Source: Ginkgo biloba
Taxonomy: Eukaryota > Plantae > Ginkgophyta
Direction: 5' to 3'
Assembly (NCBI GenBank): GCA_024626585.2
Contig: JANKJI020000002.1
Span: 17,071,363 to 17,089,433 of the forward strand
DNA length: 18,071 bases
Below, in pieces: positions 9,789 through 18,071 of this stretch. The position numbers and the translations under genes were made by a program. Positions within the stretch are counted from its first letter, which is position 1; every line of letters begins with the position of its first letter. The notes beneath the pieces were generated by a model. It saw only the letters and a program-made list of their open reading frames with translations. It was not told the DNA's origin and did not search any database.

Positions 9789-9929
9789 TGTTTGATCGAA
9801 CAATTATTCGATCGAATAAATGGTGGGATCGAACTTAATTTTTTCTAATTCAAATTTGAAAAATATTGAGCGCACGCATGGGGTTTTTTTATATTCAAAT
9901 TTTCAAGCAACTAGATGTTCGATCGAACA
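9789..9929. repeat. Cluster of TTCGATCGAA-core palindromes
   Basis: TGTTTGATCGAACA 9789-9802 (one mismatch), TTATTCGATCGAATAA 9804-9819 (perfect), partial GATCGAAC 9827-9834, TGTTCGATCGAACA 9916-9929 (perfect). A separate palindrome TTCAAATTTGAA lies at 9849-9860. Confidence 0.8.
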
Positions 9930-10025
9930 AATATTGTGACTTTCATTCCTATGGAAAATTTTGGCCGCCTCTATTTTGTGAAAAATAGTGTCACAGTTAC
10001 ATGCTTTAACCCATTTGGCATCATA

Positions 10026-10590
10026 CTAGACAAAATTGAATATGATTCTTAACCACTCGACTAGAATGTAGTTCAAATTAGTTGTTGCAAGCAACCTCAA
10101 AATTCCCACCACAATACCTTCATAGGAATCTTTTGCCAACTTAGAAAAATTCACTTTAATAGTCATCGACTCATTCATAGAAATGAGGGATTCTTGCATC
10201 ACATCCTCCACATCAGACTTCCTCTTCACACTAAACCACTTTTTCTCCAGGTCTACGTTTATTTCCTTATCTTCATTCAAAATTCTAAATACATCTTAGA
10301 TTAAATTTCCATTCAACCTTTAGTATTTACCACCCAAGTTATTATCACTTCTATTCATGGCATATAAAAACTCCTTAACCAGAGTTGTATTATGCACCAT
10401 CTTTGAAATAGTCAAAATTTGACGAATCAAAGAGTTCTTAGTGTACCTCTTGAATCCCTCTTAATTCTAGTTCAATTTATGGCTCATGACCATCTTCATA
10501 ACCACTTTGTGATAAATGTCCCAAGCCTTAGGGATGGCATCATCCACCACCAAGTTCTTAAAGAGATCTATTATATCGAGTGAAATTATA
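10026..10590 (-). pseudogene. Decayed ORF of an unidentified protein family (copy 2), homologous to 2587-3333
   Basis: The listed 84-aa ORF extends upstream in frame through four stops (IISLDIIDLFKNLVVDDAIPKAWD...LVKEFLYAMN...). 45 of 172 residues are identical to copy 1 without gaps. Confidence 0.65.
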
Positions 10591-11100
10591 GTCTACCACC
10601 TTTCACTATTGAATAAATTTTATGCTTAAATCGCAGAAAACTTTCCAACCCACTGTATATAGAACAATTGTAGCAAATTTTGACAATTCAACTTGAAATT
10701 AACTTACTTTGAGTGATCACCTGAATTACCTTAATTTCCTTAGTGTAAGTCTACGCTAATCAATTACTTTTATAATTAATTTCAACATGATACCGACCAT
10801 TAACTCCATGCGTTCCATTATTAATACCATTTTTTTAAATGTTGCGCCTACTCATTTATCTTTATGTCTTCCTTCACATCATCACAAGATCTTACATACT
10901 TTTTAAAATTCTTTCATTTCTTCATGACACTATAGTTGGTGCAACACTTTACACCACAACCTTTAATTGCATACGTCAATAATTCCTTACAATTTATAAT
11001 NNNNNNNNNNNNNNNNNNNNNNNNNNNNNNNNNNNNNNNNNNNNNNNNNNNNNNNNNNNNNNNNNNNNNNNNNNNNNNNNNNNNNNNNNNNNNNNNNNNN

Positions 11101-11480
11101 TTCATATCTCCATTGTAAGATTGACATTGTACCAATACCTACACTACCTTCATTGCCAGCTCTTTCAGGCTTGTACTATCTATAATGTTATTATTGCAAG
11201 ATACCATAGATATAGTGCATCTATTATAGTTCTTCATTATGCTAGAATCCACTTCTAACATCAAATGTCTAAGCATGATAATTCATATGGCTAACATCAT
11301 CTTTGGCATTTAAATGGGCAAGATGTTGGGCATTTATTTCAGAGAAGATACAACATCATGGGGAATTAGATTTGGCTCTCTATGTATTGACTCATAGAGA
11401 ATAGGGTTGAAATCTTCTAGTAGAATTACACTTCATGGTAAACGTAGATTATCCCCAATTATTTAGGGATTAACAGAATC
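11101..11480 (-). mobile_element. Possible highly degenerate gypsy gag remnant
   Basis: Minus-strand pieces NPILYESIHREPNLIPHD and LAHLNAKDDVSHMNYH...GILQ loosely follow the LPxFxGxxxxS...H layout of retrotransposon gag N-termini. Many stops; weak. Confidence 0.3.
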
Positions 11481-12836
11481 AACTGCATAATCTCTTATGA
11501 ACACTTTGAGATATGTCTATGTAGCATCCATAGTTTGAAGTCAATGCATAAGAGATGCCCATTGATATATCTAACAAGGAATGCATATGATCATTTATCT
11601 TCCATAGGTGAAGATAGTCTATAGAGGAGATGGAAGTCCAATTTTTGGTAATATTTCAATGATACTTGTGATACTAATTACACAATTTTTGTTGACAGAA
11701 AATAAAATGGTGGTTGTCAAGCTAGTTGTACTTTAGACTCTAAATATAGTGGAATTTTAGGTTTGGCCATAACAACCGATCTAGGTTCTATGATGGCAAT
11801 GGACCAAAAATTTATCTAAAAAGAAACAATGGTGACTATTCAAAATATAGTTTTGAGTCTGGCCATGGGAAATCTTCTCCCTAGAGAAAAATGTACATAA
11901 AAATGATAAAATTTAAAATTCTCTAAGAAATGCAAAACTTTAAGATAAAGGAAAAAGATGTATTTTGGTAGCTTATCCATTCAGTTCTACAATTTGATTA
12001 AAGAATCAATTCATATTGGACGTTCAACTTAATTCCTCTTCCATTCCATAGATAAACATAAGGAAAAAGGAAGTCTCTTTCACAAGAAAGGAAACATTCC
12101 ACATTGTCTTCTACATTCACCATAAACTTTTCTCCACTCATCATAATTTTTTGTCTTTGCCTTGATGCATTTGGATGATTTTTAAAAAAGAAACCTTTGT
12201 ATGATTTTTAAACATAGTGGTATCCTTTACTCTATGCATGAATACAAAACAAACATAAATGGAACCAAAGATGTCTGTTGAGATTCACACAAACTAAAAC
12301 CATAAGGTGACATCATATATTCAAAGCATAGTTAGATTTCAAGGATTTTATATCTTTCTTAACCACATCAAGGGAAGTTATGCTTGCCATGTTTAATTTA
12401 TTATTGATTACTTTGATTCTCTTCTTTCCAAACTTCAAAACTCTCTTTGCCTTAGTTAATGTTATGTGAGGTCAAAGGGGAAGGATTGAATTGAATCGCC
12501 TATTATGCAAAGTGAAAGAATTGAAAATAAATAACAACTCACAACAAGATGAATTGAATGAAGAGTATAAAAGACTCAAAATATTTGCAAAGAAATAACA
12601 TAAATTCTATTAGAAAATTTGAAGAAATCTCATTTGTTTTATTTCTTTCTAAAACTTTCTTTTTAAGATATGCTTGAGAAGTCTCTCTNNNNNNNNNNNN
12701 NNNNNNNNNNNNNNNNNNNNNNNNNNNNNNNNNNNNNNNNNNNNNNNNNNNNNNNNNNNNNNNNNNNNNNNNNNNNNNNNNNNNNNNNCATCCTTGAATG
12801 ATATTCTAAGAGAAGTTCTTAGAGATCTTACGGAAG

Positions 12837-12945
12837 ACATTTCCTAATGGATGAGATCTACTATTTTTATCCATTTGAGAATTTTATAGATCTTATGATA
12901 AACATTTCCTGATGGATGAACTCTACTATATTTTTTCATTTGGAA
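12837..12945. repeat. Imperfect direct repeat, 65-bp offset
   Basis: ACATTTCCTAATGGATGAGATCTACTA at 12837 and ACATTTCCTGATGGATGAACTCTACTA at 12902. Confidence 0.65.
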
Positions 12946-13358
12946 GATATATTCCTCTTTATAGGGTCTATTACTATTTTCTAGACCTTATTTTAAACTT
13001 TATGTACTCCTTTTTTTTCCTACACTGACTATCTCCACANNNNNNNNNNNNNNACACACCTTAGGGTCACCACTATTGTAATTTGTATCTTATATCTTTT
13101 TTATATTTTGTACCTTTAGTATTTTAGTCTAGATATTGGAGTAGTGGTGATCACTCCCTTTTCCTATATTACACAATGTATGTTTTAGTCCCTTTGACCA
13201 TTTTTTGTCACTTGAGGACATTCATATAATTTCTTTCTTTCTTGACCTCTATAGTCATTCTTCTCATCAACAACTTTCAATATCAAACAATACCTCCTCT
13301 TACAATGTTATTGGCATCTTCACAAACTCTTAACTTTGTGAACTCTCAACACAACACA

Positions 13359-13858
13359 ACTCTAATACCAATGTCGAGAACCACTCTTCATCCCAACAGA
13401 CTCTCTAACAAGTTGGACTTCTTAGTATCACAGACTCACTCACGAAAAACCTCACTAAAGTTCATTCGCAAATGAACAAAAAATACAGAATCTCAAAGTT
13501 CTCATAGAGAGAATATAAACAACAAAATACATAGAGAACACTCTTACAAAGAAAAGAGAAGAGGAATATCATATGCAATCGTACATTGTGTCTTATGCAG
13601 TCCAAATATATAGAATACTACAACCAATATTTTTATAATATTTCAAACCTAAAAATATATGCTGCTCTTAAAAACATGTGCTAAAGACTCATTCCATATT
13701 TAAGCACTCATGTAAAAGATTAACTACTATTACTTTCCCTAGATGCATAATAATAATACATTGAACACATTAAGGGGGAAACGACAACTCTAATAGATTC
13801 TATTAACAAATAAGTGTTTGAATGTTTGAAACCATACTTAATTATGGTTATCTCAACA
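13359..13858 (-). mobile_element. Candidate 5' LTR (13372-13858, 487 bp) with adjacent tRNA-iMet PBS (13359-13370)
   Basis: Termini TGTCGAGA...TCTCAACA form a 7/8 inverted repeat with TG..CA ends. Minus-strand TGGTATTAGAGT (10/12 to TGGTATCAGAGC) lies 1 nt from the LTR end. Confidence 0.6.
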
Positions 13859-15724
13859 CTTAGATATGGATAGTTCATTAATAATTCCTATTAGATTAAA
13901 ATATTACTTAACATTGACACATTAATATTTTATGAAAATTATTTACCATGGAAATATAGTAGGATTTTTGTTTTGGGGGGGTGTATGCATGTATGCACAC
14001 TTGCATAAATAGGTGTGCTTATGTGTACACATGCTACATACTAATACATGTCCATAGAAAATACTTACCAAAGAATCATATTGTAATAAACACGACCCTT
14101 AATCATATTTCTTTATTCTTTCTATCTTGTTACACCTTACTCTTACTCTCTTCCTACACTTGTCTTCTTCTCTTATGTTCTCTAGTATGTATGAGAATGT
14201 AAGCCACTTGTCTTACATGAAAAATATCTCTTCTTATGTTCTCTATTATATAAAATCTCATNNNNNNNNNNNNNNNNNNNNNNNNNNNNNNNNNNNNNNN
14301 NNNNNNNNNNNNNNNNNNNNNNNNNNNNNNNNNNNNNNNNNNNNNNNNNNNNNNNNNNNNNTTCACATCAAGGTTCCTAACATATTATATAATTTTCTAT
14401 TCATGTTCATAATCCTTGTATATCTATAAACTTCAGATAGTATTTTTAATTTATCTCATTTCTCACAATCCAAATCTACACCTCTTATATGGACAAGAAT
14501 GTGATCAACTACATTGAGTCTAACTAACTTTCATGCATGTACATTCTTCTTGTTATAATATTCTATGGAAAGAAGATTAGTAGGTGGTGGAAAAGGAGTA
14601 GCTATACATACAACATCATAAACATTATCATCTCCTAATATGTCTTTCATTCTATCTCTCCATACATAATAATTCCCTTTACTAACTAGCTTCTTATGCT
14701 ATGCATGTATAGTGTTGCTTGCCATTGTGTAAAAGAAGAGTTTTGCAAAAAATAAGTGACTCAAGCAATCACAAATGGGCCCTCAATCTCACCAACACTC
14801 CTTTGGTCTCCAAGTGGGCATAAAACAAAATAAAACACTTTGTCACTAATTAATTTTTATTATGATTTTTCAGTGTATATAGTTGTGATTTCAGAGCCTT
14901 TAAAATTAGATGCTCATTTTTAAATTTTTACAAAAAGGATTATAGCCTTTTACAATCAAACATCATCTCAAATATCAATAAGACATACTTGATTAATAAT
15001 TATCAAGAAAACAAAGAAAAATCTTATGTTTGTTATCTTCTGGTCATTTACTAAACTTGTGTACATTATTTTCTAGCTACAGTATTCATTCATTATCTTC
15101 TATTCAGTAGTTTGTAAAAGGTCATTCATTGACCTTCCTCTATATTTATTGGATGAAACTTTTACTATCTTTTATTTTGTTGTTGTTCATTCGTTGAACT
15201 TCCTCATCGTTCGTTAGACACCAAACACTAAAACCACTTGCTAAGATCATTTTTAGTCATTCACCAATGCCCATAAGTTGTTTGTTGAACTTAATACAAA
15301 AATACAATAGAAAATAAGGAAACTTGATAATGGGTTGTTCATTAAGATCATGACAAATGTTGCATAGGAAGAAAAAAGAAAATTGATAATAGGCACTTTT
15401 TACAATATTATTTTATATTTTATTATTTTTAAATTTACAAAAAGAACTTGAATAAACCCCTCATAAATTTAGAAAATTGACATTTAAGTGAAGTACAATG
15501 AAGTAAAGTCAAAATTAAATCTAAATTGATATAATTTTTTCAGGGTGATTCATGACAAACACTTTGTGGAGCTTCAACAAACACTAGCACCTCTAACAAT
15601 ACCTTCCAAACTTTGTTCACTCTCTTGAGAACCTTTCCTTTGTAGTCGTTTATCTCCTTTCGTTAAACACAACTCTCTAATATGGAATTTGCTACATTTT
15701 TCTTTGTCCTCCTCTCAATGAGGG

Positions 15725-15945
15725 TTTATTCTCCACTTGTACTGCCTCTCTTTCCAAATGCTCTACTTCTGCTTGTCTTTGACACTCTCTAGCTTGATCA
15801 GCTTCAAGTGTAGCTTAATAGGCAACATCCTATTCTTCTCTTAAATGTCTATTATGCTGCCTCTCTTCCTCTTCAATTCTAGTTATAACAAGCACATATC
15901 CACTATCTTGTACTACCCTCTGAAGAACCAATAGTAACTCTTCAG
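15725..15945 (-). pseudogene. PUX10: PUX10-like (plant UBX-domain protein, FAF2/UBXD8 family) gene fragment, UAS end and coiled-coil region
   Basis: EELLLVLQRVVQDSGYVLVITRIEEEERQHNRHLREE*DVAY*ATLEADQARECQRQAEVEHLEREA matches the family motif LREEQDAAYRAALEADQARE as I recall it. Stops at 15830-15832 and 15815-15817. Not in the ORF track. Confidence 0.85.
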
Positions 15946-16045
15946 NNNNNNNNNNNNNNNNNNNNNNNNNNNNNNNNNNNNNNNNNNNNNNNNNNNNNNN
16001 NNNNNNNNNNNNNNNNNNNNNNNNNNNNNNNNNNNNNNNNNNNNN

Positions 16046-16736
16046 TACTTAAGGGCATATACGAGTGACAAGAAGAAAGCATGGGTGAAATGGTTACATT
16101 TGGCGGAATATTGGTATAACATGACATACCATTGCGCAACAAGAATGTTGCCATTTAAAGCTCTATAGGGTTATGAACCGTTGAATATAAATGACCTTTG
16201 ACCTAATCACTGAAATGCAGGAAATCATGCGAATCCTGAAGGATAATTTGGAAATGGCGCGTAAACGTATGAAGCAACAAACAAATAAGGGGCGAAGTGA
16301 AAGAAGTTTCAAAATTGGAGATATGGTATTTTTTCAACTACAACCTTATAAACAAAAAATGTTGAAGGATCGAGGGAAGCTTAATATACAACCAAATTTC
16401 TATGGACCATACTGAGTTAGGGACAAAGTTGGAGAAGTGGCATACATGATTGACCTACCAAAGAAAGGGAAGATGCATGACGTGTTCCATGTATCATGAC
16501 TAAAATAATAGCTAGGAAAAAATATATTTCCACAAACTGAGATGCCTAGGGCATCTCAGAAGGATACACCATCTTCAAATTGAAAGGGATAATCGATGTA
16601 CGATCAAAGGACCTACAAAATAAGAAAATCAAGGAATATAAAATAAAACGGAAGGGATTACCAATAGAAGATGCTAGCTAGGAAAGTGATACATTTGTGG
16701 AATAACAACTTCCCTTACCAATGTGCAGGGAGGGCA
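16046..16736 (+). mobile_element. Degenerate chromovirus integrase core end, GPY/F motif, chromodomain and PPT
   Basis: YLRAYTSDKKKAWVKWLHLAEYWYN, LKDNLEMARKRMKQQ, RSERSFKIGDMVF, FYGPY, VGEVAY, MHDVFHVS, EYKIKRKGLPIEDAS*E, then PPT AGGGAGGG at 16727-16734. Confidence 0.92.
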
Positions 16737-17312
16737 TGTTGTGTACCTAAACATAAATTAAGACTAAATTGGTAATACTATAGATGGAATATAACCAAAA
16801 TAGAGGATAAATAATTGTAATAACATTATCTTAAGCTAAAAGGATAAAATTCCTAAAGAGGGAGGCTTAATAAGACTAAATTTACCTTAATTAATCCCCA
16901 AGTAGCCCTTAAATAAAAGGCATATAGACTTTAGATCTTAATTTAGGTTAAGAAAGGCCAAAAGGAACCTCATCTTTAAGAGTTATGACTCTTAGGTTAA
17001 GGCGCCCTATTTTGGAGTATATATAGAGCTTATTTCTTCTCTTTTATATCATGATATGATGACATTTTATCTTCTCATATTCTTTTAGAAGATTGATACT
17101 ACTTTGGGTAGTAGGTGCTCCTAGTTCTATGATATTTTTTGGTGGTAGGTGCCCCATACCCTTATGTTTATTTTAGAATTCAACTTATTTTGAGTATTAC
17201 AAAGTTTTTATTACTTTATTCCAAGTGCATGTTGAATATAGAAGATCATTTCTATCTATGAATTATGATATTCTCTAATTATATTTAGTAGTTACCCGTT
17301 TAGGTCATTACA
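16737..17312 (+). mobile_element. 3' LTR (576 bp) of the chromovirus
   Basis: Starts TGTTGTGTACCTAAAC 2 nt after the PPT and ends GTTTAGGTCATTACA (reverse complement TGTAATGACCTAAAC). TATA-like TATATATA near 17018. Confidence 0.78.
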
Positions 17313-18020
17313 AGCTTTGAATTTAATTCTACAACTTTTGAATTGTAAAAAAATTAAAAAAGAAAAAACTTTGATTTGTGAAAGTAAACATACTTAATGA
17401 GTTTATAGAATATAAAGTTACATGATTAAAAGTTATGAAATAAGACCACTTGAGTTCTTCAAAGATATTGTCTATTTGAATATTAAATAAATAAGGTCAA
17501 GAGAAGATGCTTATTAAAATAGAAAAACTTGACTTGATAAAAATATTAAATGAAACACAAATATTTAAATGGGCACTTCCTTTGATGGAGTTAGATCTTA
17601 TGGTGAATTTAAGAATGGAACTAGTGCCTCTATGAGTTGCTTCCACATCAAACCCACATTGTGAGGTCTTCCACATTCGATAACAATTAACATATTGCCT
17701 TAATCAAATCCAAATGGGTGAAACTTTCATAATTACTCTTTATACACAAGAATCCATTATTTCCCAAGAGACTCATCATGCATAAGTTGGTGGGTTAAAA
17801 AAGAAACATAACAAGCCAACACGCATCACGAAACCTTAATAGTGACCCGACAAGAATAGTTTAGGTGAATGGTCCTCAATATTACTACCACCTATTGCAA
17901 AACTAAGGCCTAAATTTAAAATTTGTAAATTGCAAGGTTGGTGCAAACAAGTACAAAATAGCACTAAGGAAGATTAAACAAAGAAAATTGAACACGCATA
18001 TGTAATGAGACTCTAAGTTG

Positions 18021-18071
18021 CTTGTATACATAGAAAACAAAAAATGGTGAAAGAAAAACACTTTCATCTTA
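18021..18071 (+). repeat. Diverged copy of 4315-4364 (start of the LRR-RLK upstream contig)
   Basis: 44 of 51 columns identical (6 substitutions, 1 indel); both copies sit at contig or window edges. Confidence 0.8.

Larger units (their letters stand above)
2486..16045. other. Assembly spacers: nine runs of exactly 100 N
   Basis: 2486-2585, 4215-4314, 6349-6448, 7671-7770, 9679-9778, 11001-11100, 12689-12788, 14262-14361 and 15946-16045. Shorter N runs at 1161-1176, 1389-1412, 3350-3365 and 13040-13053. Confidence 0.97.

Noticed and set aside
13242-14202. ORFs 13242..13475 and 13981..14202
   Set aside because: The first crosses a PBS/LTR boundary in antisense. The second is low-complexity alternating purine-pyrimidine and CT-rich sequence. 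Neither has a protein motif.
4094-16154. Short ORFs spanning N runs (for example 4094, 4141, 7617, 9654, 10914, 10936, 12649, 14127, 14154, 15913, 15942)
   Set aside because: They pass the length cut-off only because of the Ns and join unrelated contigs.

Overview
AT-rich plant nuclear DNA, probably from a large repeat-rich genome such as a gymnosperm (inferred from composition and old gypsy decay only). The window is ten 1.2-2.5 kb contigs joined by nine 100-N spacers, so order and orientation across spacers cannot be trusted. Host-gene content: the 5' part of a HAESA/HSL-like (LRR-XI) receptor-like kinase with a 1-bp frameshift (5330-6348, +), a matching RLK kinase C-terminus on the next contig (7574-7670, -), and a decayed PUX10-like fragment (15725-15945, -). 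Most other recognisable sequence is Ty3/gypsy debris: two RT-RNase H remnants, two integrase/chromodomain ends with polypurine tracts, several candidate LTRs and PBSs, and an 83-85 bp tandem array. The most unusual signal is a pair of decayed, mostly unannotated reading frames on different contigs (2587-3333 and 10026-10590, both -) that align without gaps over 172 codons at about 26% identity; I could not name the protein family. I see no prokaryotic-type system such as CRISPR, retron or DGR.
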